NCBI GenBank assembly: GCA_965228885.1
Contig: OZ245841.1
Coordinates: 21,168-85,167 of the forward strand
Direction of reading: 5' to 3'
Source: Rickettsiales bacterium
Lineage (GTDB): Bacteria; Pseudomonadota; Alphaproteobacteria; Rickettsiales; CANDYO01
Length of the DNA: 64,000 nucleotides
Positions 1 to 10,246 of the stretch are shown piece after piece. The notes below the pieces were generated by a model. The model was not told where the DNA came from. It saw only the letters and a program-made list of their open reading frames with translations, and did not search any database. Each line of letters begins with the position of its first letter. Position 1 is the first letter of the stretch. Position numbers and translations under genes: made by a program.

Positions 1-2028
1 ATCGCCTTGTATAGCCACCGCTAAAGCCATATCTTCTTCAAGTAAGGACAAGGTCTCATCTAAATCTTTTATAAAATTTTGGATGTCCTGATGAGTGGTT
101 CCCGTGTCGTTAGTTACATAGCATTCGCTGCTCCAATTATCTACATCCTCTTTTTTACTGGAATCATAATAACTATTATTTGTACAGCCTGGAGCAGAAG
201 TATCTAAATAGGTTGAACCATCTGGCTCAGTTATATTTTTTGATAAATCCTCTAAATCATCACCAGCATCGATAATATCTTGAGCTTTGCGTACTGTATC
301 TGATGAATCTTTATAATCCATCGCATCTATTGTAGTCTTCCAGCAAGTTTCCACCTCTGGATTGCCTGAATAATCTTGAATATCACTACCTAAAGTCATG
401 AACATCTGTTGAATTCCCTCTTCTGCCGAAGGGAGTACACAGCCAGCATCATAGCCATCATCAGAATCATCAGAATCTGTTCCAGTATCAATCGTGTAAT
501 CAAATAATGTTACTATGTAATCTAATTGGATCTTTATTGATTCATTCTGATCGGCTCCACCACTATCATCAATTAATCCAGCACTCAAAGTTTCAGCCTC
601 TGCTCTTAAACTATCAATAACACTAGCATCACCAACTCCATTAGGATTATATGCATCAATCAACTCTAACTGTAGAGTTAACTCATCATATAAACCATCA
701 TTCTGATCCTCTAAGTAACTGATGGTCTGATTATTTTCATCTATCTGGTCTAACTGACTTTGGTAATGTTCCTCATCAACTGTAGATTCGCCAAGAGGAT
801 TAATAATTTGTAAATTTAGCGTATCTCCTCTAGAGGCAAAACTAACTCCTCCTACGAAATCAGCTGTCTCGCCTTTGGTTTCATCAAAAGTTGCATACCC
901 CCCCCTAAGATGAGTACATCCATCAGGGCATGGGTTATCACTATCCGCCTTATTATCACAACCAGATGGACATACAATCCCCCCCTCCATTGCATATAAT
1001 CTATATCCACCAGTATTCCAACAAGTGTCAGTTTCCCCCTTTTGATTATATGAATAAGGCTCTTTAGCATAGTCTTTACTATTACTTCTATCTCCACATT
1101 TTGGAGCGCTATGAGTACCATCATCTCCATGACCATCACAATACTCATTCTTGCTACCATCTGGAAGATATGGTGGGTTAGTATCATAAACATAGTAATC
1201 ATTGGGGGGGTTGCCATCACAAATATATGGATAAGCATATATGCCAGGTTCATTATTTGGACAAACATTATAGCTAATATAATTACCATCGGAGTCTGTA
1301 TATCCAGATGAATAAGCATTTTCTTGAATTGTTGTGAAGTGAGCACAATCCCACTTCTCCCAAGACCAACAAGTTCCAAAGATATCTTCAGCACAGCATC
1401 TATTCGCATAACATTCGCTTCTTGCATCATTACCAAAATAAAAATCTATTACATCTATATAATTGCAATTTATTTCGTCTCTCTGCCACCCAGTAGCCCA
1501 AGTCCATTTATTTGGTTTGCAACCATTATCTTCAATACAATAATCAAAGGTGCTAGTAGAACAATCAACAGGAGTGCAATAATCAGCGCTATTAGTGCCA
1601 CAATCATCAATAATTACATTAATCTGTTGATTGAGAGCAAAATCAAAATATTCACCATCCTCATCTAAGATTGGAGTAACATTACCTTTAGTAGCTGGAA
1701 TAATGAATTCTTTACCATCCCCCAAATTAGTATCATCTTCATAATCTGTGGCTATGATAATTTGCCCTGTGGCACTAATTTGAAAATCATCATCTTTACT
1801 AACATAAAAACCTGAATCAACCCACACTCCATAAGTTGAAGTATCTCCATCAGGATCTTGAGCGCTCACAGAATAAACTTTTACAGTGGTTTCATTAACT
1901 TGCTTAATACCGTCTGAATCTGAATAAGCGTCTGAACTACTCCCTTCACACCAAGAGTCATTGTCATTACAAGCAGAAACAACAAGCACCATCAATAATA
2001 AGAGAATAATTTTCTTAAATTTTATCAC
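1..2028 (-). CDS. Large Cys/Asp-rich lipoprotein, partial (runs off the left edge); possibly the N-terminal hydrophilic part of an rvhB6/VirB6-like protein
   Basis: Hand translation from GTG at 2028 gives MIKFKKIILLLLMVLVVSAC-NDNDSWCEG, a signal peptide with a lipobox. Several segments checked (1-120, 781-960, 1441-2028) have no stop in this frame. It is absent from the ORF track, probably because no stop lies in the window. The VirB6 identity is only a guess. Confidence 0.75.
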   Translation of the reverse strand, partial: MIKFKKIILLLLMVLVVSACNDNDSWCEGSSSDAYSDSDGIKQVNETTVKVYSVSAQDPDGDTSTYGVWVDSGFYVSKDDDFQISATGQIIIATDYEDDTNLGDGKEFIIPATKGNVTPILDEDGEYFDFALNQQINVIIDDCGTNSADYCTPVDCSTSTFDYCIEDNGCKPNKWTWATGWQRDEINCNYIDVIDFYFGNDARSECYANRCCAEDIFGTCWSWEKWDCAHFTTIQENAYSSGYTDSDGNYISYNVCPNNEPGIYAYPYICDGNPPNDYYVYDTNPPYLPDGSKNEYCDGHGDDGTHSAPKCGDRSNSKDYAKEPYSYNQKGETDTCWNTGGYRLYAMEGGIVCPSGCDNKADSDNPCPDGCTHLRGGYATFDETKGETADFVGGVSFASRGDTLNLQIINPLGESTVDEEHYQSQLDQIDENNQTISYLEDQNDGLYDELTLQLELIDAYNPNGVGDASVIDSLRAEAETLSAGLIDDSGGADQNESIKIQLDYIVTLFDYTIDTGTDSDDSDDGYDAGCVLPSAEEGIQQMFMTLGSDIQDYSGNPEVETCWKTTIDAMDYKDSSDTVRKAQDIIDAGDDLEDLSKNITEPDGSTYLDTSAPGCTNNSYYDSSKKEDVDNWSSECYVTNDTGTTHQDIQNFIKDLDETLSLLEEDMALAVAIQGD

Positions 2029-2159
2029 GCACACAAGACATTAGATTAGATTTTCAATATAGACTATCCAAAATGCAATCAAAAGTATAGATATTTTCTT
2101 TTAAGATAACAATGAGATGACATAATTTCTTCACTCAACTAGAAAGTATTAAAAAATAT

Positions 2160-2174
2160 TTAAGTATAAATTAA
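2160..2174. promoter_or_regulatory. CtrA-like box TTAA-N7-TTAA
   Basis: TTAAgtataaaTTAA in the divergent intergenic region; chance occurrence is plausible in AT-rich DNA. Confidence 0.25.
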
Positions 2175-2301
2175 TTAAGTTCTTGATTTATATTAACTTA
2201 TAGTGTAATAGTATCACAAACATAAGTTAATATATTATTATAGATTTATTATTATTTAAGCACTTACTTAATAAAAATTAACAGAGATAGGGATAAAATT
2301 A

Positions 2302-4707
2302 ATGACAGGAATAAAGCTTACCAGCAGCAAAATTAAAATTTCTAAAAAAGAAATAGAATCTTATGAGAAATATATTGTAAACACTTATAATTATATTGCT
2401 ACAGAACTTAACCTTGAAGTTCGTTCCATAGGAGGAGGATCTTTTGCATTTGAAGATGCCTTAGCGTTCAGAATAATTGAAGATGACACAGAAATATCAT
2501 TAGATCGCTCTATTGAACTTAGAATAGATAAAAATGGCATATTATATTTTGATAGCATTCTTGGGTCTATACAGCTAACAACACTTAATTCTGCACGAGA
2601 GTTTAAAACTATAATTAAGAAATTAGATAAACTAAAATGCAGTAGACATGACGATAAAGTATATACAGCAACTGTAGACGTCTCAGGACTTACCTTGCCT
2701 GATAGAGAAAACAGTAAAAACTCCGATGAAATATCCGATATTATAAGAGATCTGCCGTCAAGAATATTTGATAAAAAAGATATCGTCTATAAATTATCAG
2801 GAATAACAAGAACAGAATATAATATAGTCATAAACTTCCATAGCGAAGTATATGAAGAACCCGAAGATAACACTTCAGTTTATGAAAATCCAGTTACCAT
2901 TACCGAAGAACAACAAGAGATTGATCAAAATCAGCAAAAAGAAGACAGCGAAGCAGAAACTCCAGCCCTGATAGCAGCAGACAACTCAGAACAAAAAGCT
3001 GATGATGACTTAACAGGAAACTCTACTGTAGAAACATCCTCAGATGCTACAGTCATTAAAATTGTTGAACCTCCTAAAGGAAACGAAAGAAATATAACTG
3101 TAGTAAAGAAGCCTACAACAAATGCATCATCTAATACCCCAAGAATTACAATTGGTGAAAAACCTAAAGGAAATGAATCCAACATAACTTTAGCAACGGA
3201 AAACACCGCAGAAGCATCATCTGATGCTCCAAGTATTACAATTGATCAGGAATCTAAAGAAAATAATAATGATTATAACTATGAATATACCTCTGCTTCG
3301 TTACCGAACAGCCAAACTACATGGACGCAATGGGCCTATGACAATATGTATTATATTATTGGAACTATTACCTGCTTAGGCGCAGCTTGTTTCTTCTTTT
3401 ATTACAATAGGTATCCAGTGAATCCAGGCTATGAAGATGCAGGAGAAGTAGCCGATCAATTAAGATTAGATATGGGGCTAAGCAGAGGCACAACATTAGA
3501 AAACCAGCAATTGTTAGAGACATCATCATTTTCTGAAGAACTATCATATATGGCAGAAGACGCAATAGAAAACGTAAGAGATCTTACTGAAACCACCCTC
3601 GGCAAAATAGGATTATCTCCTATACCACGAAAATTTCCTGTAGGATTTGGTACCCCGCAACGGCCAAATCTAGATGATAGATTTAAGAGCACACCGCAAG
3701 CTTGCAATACTATAGCAACTCGCACCGCACAAAAAGTTAAACAAGTTGTAAGAGACATACATCAAGAAGAACAAATATTTAGCGATGCAGCAAAACAATT
3801 TGTAAAGCATTTCAAAGTCCAAACCTCTCCATGGTTAGCTAAAGGTGGAAAGGATGTTTTGGAAAAATACCTAAAAAATCTCTTTAAAGATGCAGCAAAT
3901 ATTGACGATCATCCGGCCGAAAAAATAAAAGATTTATTATTAGAAAATTTTCGTTCAGACAACACATTAGACCAAAAAGATTTCACAAGCATAATAAAAA
4001 GTATAGGAACAAGAAATGTAAATGATGTGATATTTACTTTCCAAGATGCAGTAAGAGAGCTCAATATTCATTCTGTATTTGGTGATACAATCGAAAATCC
4101 TGAGGAAGCCCAAACGGCAGCAAATGGATTACTCGCAGATATACTCAATCAAGCTGATCATAAATATATCCTTTACGTAGCCATAATGACGGTATTTCCT
4201 TTGGTTAATTCCGAAGAAATCGCCACTGAAGATAACTTAAACAACAATGCAACCGAATGGCATTCTTTATCTATGATAACTGAAGCTGACTTTGATGATG
4301 AAGGTAGTGAAGGTGATGCAATTCACTATAGTAAAACTCATCCTCAATTGGTATTAAAAAACCTGACTAAGTCTACTGAAAACAGCTATGCACTCTACCC
4401 TCACTTAGACCTAAACTACCTTTCAGACGGCAATATTAAATGTAGACTTGCTTTAAAGAAAGCCATATCAGACACAGCAGATGTTTTATACATTTCTAAT
4501 ATGATGATTGCTGAGATGATGCTGCAAGGAGGAGGAACAGCTTTAAAAGATATCTTCTCCCTTTCTAACCTGAATCAGTTTGTGATTATACCGCAGTTGC
4601 TTTCAGATGACATGTCAGATGAACCAGTGAATAAATTCTGTGACCTGGCTGAAAATGGATATGAAGCTGCTTTAGAATTTCTAGGAATTGACAACTCTTC
4701 CGAGTAA
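2302..4707 (+). CDS. Hypothetical membrane-anchored protein (801 aa), candidate effector
   Basis: Long ORF with one internal hydrophobic segment (YYIIGTITCLGAACFFFYY), an internal repeat and an acidic C-terminus; no family recognised. Confidence 0.8.
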   Translation: MTGIKLTSSKIKISKKEIESYEKYIVNTYNYIATELNLEVRSIGGGSFAFEDALAFRIIEDDTEISLDRSIELRIDKNGILYFDSILGSIQLTTLNSAREFKTIIKKLDKLKCSRHDDKVYTATVDVSGLTLPDRENSKNSDEISDIIRDLPSRIFDKKDIVYKLSGITRTEYNIVINFHSEVYEEPEDNTSVYENPVTITEEQQEIDQNQQKEDSEAETPALIAADNSEQKADDDLTGNSTVETSSDATVIKIVEPPKGNERNITVVKKPTTNASSNTPRITIGEKPKGNESNITLATENTAEASSDAPSITIDQESKENNNDYNYEYTSASLPNSQTTWTQWAYDNMYYIIGTITCLGAACFFFYYNRYPVNPGYEDAGEVADQLRLDMGLSRGTTLENQQLLETSSFSEELSYMAEDAIENVRDLTETTLGKIGLSPIPRKFPVGFGTPQRPNLDDRFKSTPQACNTIATRTAQKVKQVVRDIHQEEQIFSDAAKQFVKHFKVQTSPWLAKGGKDVLEKYLKNLFKDAANIDDHPAEKIKDLLLENFRSDNTLDQKDFTSIIKSIGTRNVNDVIFTFQDAVRELNIHSVFGDTIENPEEAQTAANGLLADILNQADHKYILYVAIMTVFPLVNSEEIATEDNLNNNATEWHSLSMITEADFDDEGSEGDAIHYSKTHPQLVLKNLTKSTENSYALYPHLDLNYLSDGNIKCRLALKKAISDTADVLYISNMMIAEMMLQGGGTALKDIFSLSNLNQFVIIPQLLSDDMSDEPVNKFCDLAENGYEAALEFLGIDNSSE
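3031..3260 (+). repeat. About 2.5 copies of a ~30-aa imperfect intragenic repeat
   Basis: TSSDATVIKIVEPPKGNERNITVVKKPTTN / ASSNTPRITIGEKPKGNESNITLATENTAE / ASSDAPSITIDQESKEN. Confidence 0.7.
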
Positions 4708-4949
4708 TCTTTTCCCATCTTTTGAGGGAGCTCTCCTCTCCCTCATTAAATTTAATAATCCTTGGATCCACTAAGGAACATAACGAAGCAAAAAAGTTTT
4801 TAACTAGATTCTTAAAAAACCTAACGATTTCTAAGAATAGCGAGTTTTGTGCTCATCTTCCCTTGCATCCCTTAATAACTCTTAAGCTTTTTCATTGACT
4901 TTGCCCCTAGTTTTATGTTACATTCTTTGCAATTTATGAGAGAGTATTT

Positions 4950-6050
4950 ATGCATAATCATTTCAAAAAAGACCCTAAAGACACTAAAATTGTAGTAGCC
5001 ATGTCTGGTGGTGTTGATAGCTCTGTTGTGGCCGCTATGATGGTTGAACGGGGATATCAAGTTATTGGTGTGACCATGCAGTTATATGATCATGGCCTAA
5101 CTGTTGGCAAGAAAGGGTCTTGCTGTGCAGGACAAGACATCTACGATGCAAAAATGGTGGCAGATCGTTTAAACATTCCTCATTATGTTCTTAATTATGA
5201 AACTGCTTTCAGAGAATCAGTTATTGATGACTTTGCTGATAGTTACCTGCGTGGAGAAACTCCAATTCCTTGTGTTAGATGCAATCAAACTGTAAAGTTT
5301 CGTGATCTTCTAAAAATGGCAAAATCTTTAGATGCAGAAGCATTATGCACCGGACATTATGTTCGTAAGGCAGCAAAACCTCATGGATTTGATTTGCTTC
5401 GTGGCGCAGATCATAGCAAAGATCAGAGCTATTTTCTCTTCGCCACAACAAAATCTCAATTAGACTACACCTTCTTTCCTTTAGGTGGACAATCAAAAGA
5501 AGAAACTCGCAAGATAGCAGCAAAACATGGTTTGATAGTGGCAGACAAACCAGATAGCCAAGACATCTGCTTTGTACCGGACGGAAATTATTCTGATATC
5601 ATCAATAAATATCGCCCTGGATCTTTAGATAAAGGCGAAATAATCCATGTTGATGGAAGAGTTCTTGGCGAACATCAAGGAATTATTAATTATACTATAG
5701 GACAAAGAAGAGGACTCGGAATCTCAAGTGCTGAGCCACTATATGTAATTAAAATTATTCCTGACACCCGACAAGTAATAGTAGGCCCTGCAGATGCCCT
5801 GCATAAAAGAAAATTTATTATTAAAGAGGTGAATTGGTTAGGAAATTTCCAAAGCCATCCTATAAGTGCATCAGCAAAAATTAGATCCACCCATGATGCG
5901 GTGCCTGCAAAAATAAAACTTCTTTCAAATAAAACAGCAGAGGTTACTTTGCTTTACCCTGAAAAAGCTATAACTCCAGGACAAGCCTGCGTGGTATATC
6001 AAGATGAAAGAATTCTTGGCGGGGGCTGGATCACTAATAAAATAAGCTAA
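4950..6050 (+). CDS. mnmA: tRNA-specific 2-thiouridylase MnmA
   Basis: AMSGGVDSS PP-loop, TPIPCVRCN, TGHY, KDQSYFL, DSQDICF, TPGQACV motifs. Confidence 0.97.
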   Translation: MHNHFKKDPKDTKIVVAMSGGVDSSVVAAMMVERGYQVIGVTMQLYDHGLTVGKKGSCCAGQDIYDAKMVADRLNIPHYVLNYETAFRESVIDDFADSYLRGETPIPCVRCNQTVKFRDLLKMAKSLDAEALCTGHYVRKAAKPHGFDLLRGADHSKDQSYFLFATTKSQLDYTFFPLGGQSKEETRKIAAKHGLIVADKPDSQDICFVPDGNYSDIINKYRPGSLDKGEIIHVDGRVLGEHQGIINYTIGQRRGLGISSAEPLYVIKIIPDTRQVIVGPADALHKRKFIIKEVNWLGNFQSHPISASAKIRSTHDAVPAKIKLLSNKTAEVTLLYPEKAITPGQACVVYQDERILGGGWITNKIS

Positions 6051-6568
6051 GCTTTATATTCATCCACATGTTTGAGATAATTATTAGCTGAAATCATAAT
6101 ATAATCTGCCTCTTCCTGGGTCATATTTCTAAAAAACTTGGCTGGGTTACCTGCCCAAATTTCACCTTTCTTGATCCTTTTGTTTGGTGTCACCAAACTT
6201 CCAGCAGCAACCATTCCTCCAGTTTCCACCACCACTCCATCCATAAGAATTGCTCCCATACCAACAAAGCATCCATCTTGCAATATGCATGCATGAAGCA
6301 AAGCTTTATGACCAATTGTTACATCATCTCCAATAACGGTTTTGCCACCACCTCTAGTGCAATGAATCACTGTCCCATCCTGAATATTAGTATTCTCACC
6401 AATGGTAATTGGCTCAACATCCCCACGAATCACACAATTAAACCAAACACCACTTCCCTTACCTATTGTAACATCTCCTATTATAGAAGAATTTGGCGCT
6501 ATAAATGCCCCTTCATCAATCTTTGGTAATATTCCTTTATAAGAAAAAACACAAGATTTATTCATCAT
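6047..6568 (-). CDS. Gamma carbonic anhydrase family protein (YrdA/PaaY-like)
   Basis: Hexapeptide repeats, IRGD, TNIQDGTVIH, IGH...LHAC. Confidence 0.92.
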   Translation of the reverse strand: MMNKSCVFSYKGILPKIDEGAFIAPNSSIIGDVTIGKGSGVWFNCVIRGDVEPITIGENTNIQDGTVIHCTRGGGKTVIGDDVTIGHKALLHACILQDGCFVGMGAILMDGVVVETGGMVAAGSLVTPNKRIKKGEIWAGNPAKFFRNMTQEEADYIMISANNYLKHVDEYKA

Positions 6569-7907
6569 TATTACCCTCCTCTTCTAATGTCTTGCCCTCA
6601 ATCATGGTCATCTTCTTACCTGAAATAACTTGATATCTATCTATCATTTCTGGCATCTGCTTATTAGTTTTCACTGAAACCCCAAGCTTCTCTAGCTTCT
6701 TAGATCTGGACAACAAGCTGCTATTAAAACTGGCTGCAAATTTATCAAAATAATTCATTGAACTATAAACGCTATTGCCCAATTTTTTAGCATGGCCAGC
6801 TAAGTTTGCAATGTTATATAAAAGAGAACTAACCTCTTCAATAATTGAGTGATAATTCTCATTTTTTCTATCCTCACTTATCTGGAATTTAGAATGAGAT
6901 AAAATATTTACCAACCCCATAGGCCCAGCTGGAAAAATATTATTTTGCCAAGCATCACTAATTATTTGTTTATCAATCTGCTGTAACTGCTCTAAAGCAG
7001 CCTCTGTTGGCAAAAACATCACCGTGGAAATGTGATTAATTTTCTTTTTATGCAAATGGCTTGATATAGCCTGACGATAATCCTTAGATCCCAGGCTCTT
7101 TAAATGATTTCGCATGGAATTCTTAAGTTTTGATTTAATTTCAATTGCTTCTTTCTCACTGGAAGCCCGACCTAGCTCTAAAAAGAATTTTGATGCCTTA
7201 CTATCAATTACCAAAATATTATCTCCAGGCAAGAAGATAACCGCATCAGGACGCAAACGATTATTATCACTATCAGTAATAGAATACTGCATTTGATAAT
7301 CAACATTAGCAACAAGATTCAAAGATTTAAGAATATTCTCTAAAGTAAGCTCCGCCAAACTACCTGTGGTGTTTGGAGCAAGCAAAGCCTTATACACCAT
7401 ATCTGTTGTAGATTGAGATGTGGTAACTTGATCCTTTAATGAAGATATTGTTTGAGTCAAACTCGAAAAATCTTTATATAACCCTTCAGTTGTAGTTTTA
7501 AATTGTTTCTGGGATTCCTCCTTTTGAAGATCACTCTCTCTTTTATGCTCAGCAATTAATTGATGTGACAGCTTGTTACCAACATCGAAAATAGCAGCTT
7601 TAGCGTTTTCTATAGATTGCTGCTTGTGAACTTCCCACGCTTCCATTTTTTCTTGAATTGCCTGGCATTTTTGATTCGCTAAAGCTTCATTCTGTTGAGC
7701 TAAAAATTTATCTTCTAATGCTTGCTGATATAATTGATTAATTTCATTCTTTTGATGCAATAATTTATCGTTCTCTTCCATCAACCATTCTATTCTACTA
7801 TGAAGTCTATAATGTTCAGCTTGCATCCTATTGCTGTAAGTTCTCATCACAACAAATATTATAGAAAAAACAGCTATTGATATTGTAATTATCAAGTAAA
7901 TTGGCAT
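6558..7907 (-). CDS. rmuC: DNA recombination protein RmuC
   Basis: N-terminal TM plus coiled coil, G.LAELTLENIL, LRPDAVIFLPGD..LVIDSKAS, VMFLPTE. Confidence 0.92.
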   Translation of the reverse strand: MPIYLIITISIAVFSIIFVVMRTYSNRMQAEHYRLHSRIEWLMEENDKLLHQKNEINQLYQQALEDKFLAQQNEALANQKCQAIQEKMEAWEVHKQQSIENAKAAIFDVGNKLSHQLIAEHKRESDLQKEESQKQFKTTTEGLYKDFSSLTQTISSLKDQVTTSQSTTDMVYKALLAPNTTGSLAELTLENILKSLNLVANVDYQMQYSITDSDNNRLRPDAVIFLPGDNILVIDSKASKFFLELGRASSEKEAIEIKSKLKNSMRNHLKSLGSKDYRQAISSHLHKKKINHISTVMFLPTEAALEQLQQIDKQIISDAWQNNIFPAGPMGLVNILSHSKFQISEDRKNENYHSIIEEVSSLLYNIANLAGHAKKLGNSVYSSMNYFDKFAASFNSSLLSRSKKLEKLGVSVKTNKQMPEMIDRYQVISGKKMTMIEGKTLEEEGNNDE

Positions 7908-7941
7908 ATAACTTATCCTATGTAATTAAACTATACTTAAG

Positions 7942-9201
7942 TTAGAAATTTTCTTTAAACCAAGTGATAAACTTTCTAACCAAAGAAATTTTGGATAAAC
8001 CTTTAGAAGATCTAGCAGCGCTTTTATCTGCAAAATACTTTAACACACCTATTGCTGCAGAATAAGTAGCATTAATTGATTCAGCACTAAGCCCTGAAAC
8101 GGTTATTGGTTTGCCTAATCTGACCTTACTTCTAAAAATCTTAGAAGCTTCATGGCTTATACCAGATAACAAGCTCCCTCCCCCAGTCAAAACGATATTA
8201 CGCTGAGTTTCACAAAAATTTTTCTTCTTATCAAAAGTAGCTTTAAGAAGAGTTAGAATTTCTTCTATTCTAGCATTAATTACATCATTTAATTCAGCAT
8301 TTGAAATGTTTCTTTCTTCATGATCAAAAGGATCATCCAAGTTATCAATCTTGCAATGAATCATCTTCTGAGAATCAGCATATCCAATACTTGCTGCTCC
8401 ATTAATGGTTTTAATTCTTTCAGCTGTAGATAAATCAAGCATAAAGCTTTTAGCTATATCTTCGGTTATCGCTCCACTTCCTATCGGAACAAAACCACAA
8501 TAAACTATATTTTTTTGCAGGAAAAAAGCATAGGAAGTGATCCCTGCCCCAAAATCAATTATAGTGGCACCTAATTCTTTATCACTATTATTTAAAGTGG
8601 CTAGACCTGCAGCATATGGAGCAAAAACACAATCTTCCACATCTAACTGACAACTGGCCAAGCAGTTGATGATATTTTCAAGCATAATAGATGGCACAGT
8701 AACAAAGTGAATCTTAGCTGATATTTTATTTCCAAGTAATCCACTGGGATCATAAATTCCATCATTCCCATCAATAATATACTCTAAAGGAAAATAGTGA
8801 ATAACTTCACGTCCCTGCTTCTCAAGATCCCTAACTCCTTGAGTTATAAGAGCATTAATATCACGATTATATACTTTATGCTTTTTAAGCTCTAAAGAAG
8901 GACAAATGTAATGGGAGCGTATTTTATTTCCATTTAATGCAAGAATTATCTTATCAACTGTTATTCCTGCTATTTTCTCTGCTTGATCAACAGCTGCTAT
9001 TATTGATGTTTTGGCTAATTCACTATTGGTAATAACCCCATTTCTGAAGCCATTAGCACTATGACATCCACTACCAATGATATTAATTGCACCAGACTTA
9101 ATATTAGCAATCAAACAAACCACTTTACTAGATCCAACGTCCAGAATGCTAACTATTTCTCCATCATAAGAAGATGTGGATATGATTTTTTTGAAATTCA
9201 T
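7942..9201 (-). CDS. ftsA: Cell division protein FtsA
   Basis: LDVGSSKVVCLIA, IDFGAGIT, LTGGGSLLSGI actin-fold motifs. Confidence 0.96.
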   Translation of the reverse strand: MNFKKIISTSSYDGEIVSILDVGSSKVVCLIANIKSGAINIIGSGCHSANGFRNGVITNSELAKTSIIAAVDQAEKIAGITVDKIILALNGNKIRSHYICPSLELKKHKVYNRDINALITQGVRDLEKQGREVIHYFPLEYIIDGNDGIYDPSGLLGNKISAKIHFVTVPSIMLENIINCLASCQLDVEDCVFAPYAAGLATLNNSDKELGATIIDFGAGITSYAFFLQKNIVYCGFVPIGSGAITEDIAKSFMLDLSTAERIKTINGAASIGYADSQKMIHCKIDNLDDPFDHEERNISNAELNDVINARIEEILTLLKATFDKKKNFCETQRNIVLTGGGSLLSGISHEASKIFRSKVRLGKPITVSGLSAESINATYSAAIGVLKYFADKSAARSSKGLSKISLVRKFITWFKENF

Positions 9202-9992
9202 TTTTTCTCTACATATATTTTATTGGCAACTCTTAAATCCAATGATTTAATATCAGGCAAAAATAACTCATTATTCTTATAAAGTTTTATCACCTTTTTC
9301 CAGGCCTTTTCCATATTTTCCCCTGGCAGCTTCACTTCTAATTTATTATCAAACCTAACATTCCAACGACGCTCACTAACTCTGGTAACCGAACTAATTC
9401 TTTTAAATAACTCAGAATCTTCTTTTAATGTTTCCATCAAAGAATTAACATAAATTTCCGCTCCATCACCTATAATTATAGGTAAAGACATATGAGAAGC
9501 CAATTCTTTTTCATTAATAATAACCCCTTCATTATCTATAATATATAATTTACGATTTTTTTGCCCCAAAGCTAGAGGGACTCTCTCTTTTATATATATA
9601 TGAATATCGTTTGGAAGCTCTCTTTCTATAACGGCATGTTTAACCCACGGCAAAGATTCTAGATTTTCTTTCAACTCTTCAAGTGAAACAGAAAAAATAG
9701 GCATCCGTTTTTTTAAATTTAATTTTCGACCAATCTGATCATTATTAGTATATTTCTGACCATCAACACTTACATGCTCTAAAACAAACCCAGCTCTAGC
9801 TGTGATTTGATACCAATCTTTCACTATGCTATCTATACTCAAATAAATTAGAATAAACAAAGACACAACCGCCAAAATTAACAATGCTTTTGCAAAAAGC
9901 ATAATCTTCTTCACCAAAGAACGTGACTTTCGCGCACGTGCCCGAGCAACCTTAGGCTGTGTTTTCGGCTTTCTTTTTGTTTTAGCAACCAA
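9198..9992 (-). CDS. ftsQ: Cell division protein FtsQ
   Basis: Basic N-terminus, single TM, POTRA (LESLPWVKHAVIERELP), C-terminal LDLR; overlaps the ftsA start. Confidence 0.92.
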   Translation of the reverse strand: MVAKTKRKPKTQPKVARARARKSRSLVKKIMLFAKALLILAVVSLFILIYLSIDSIVKDWYQITARAGFVLEHVSVDGQKYTNNDQIGRKLNLKKRMPIFSVSLEELKENLESLPWVKHAVIERELPNDIHIYIKERVPLALGQKNRKLYIIDNEGVIINEKELASHMSLPIIIGDGAEIYVNSLMETLKEDSELFKRISSVTRVSERRWNVRFDNKLEVKLPGENMEKAWKKVIKLYKNNELFLPDIKSLDLRVANKIYVEKK

Positions 9993-10246
9993 TGTTTAAG
10001 CACCAAAATTGTTAATAACTTACTTATAGAATAAAGAAAAACCTTAAAATATCAATGGATATCTAATTAGATTTATTCTATAAAATAATCAAAAGATATA
10101 GAAATAAAGAATCTTGCGAATCAACATCCCTTTAGTCTTAACATCTTATATAAACGTTATTTAAGAAAAATATTTACTTATATTAGTAAATTATATAAAA
10201 TATGTATTAACTAAGGTTAATAAAATAACACGAAACTAGTTCTACT

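Noticed and set aside
852-1668. Track ORFs 852..1436 (-), 1111..1311 (+) and 1324..1668 (+)
   Set aside because: They are alternative-frame or antisense shadows of the longer lipoprotein ORF at 1..2028 (-).
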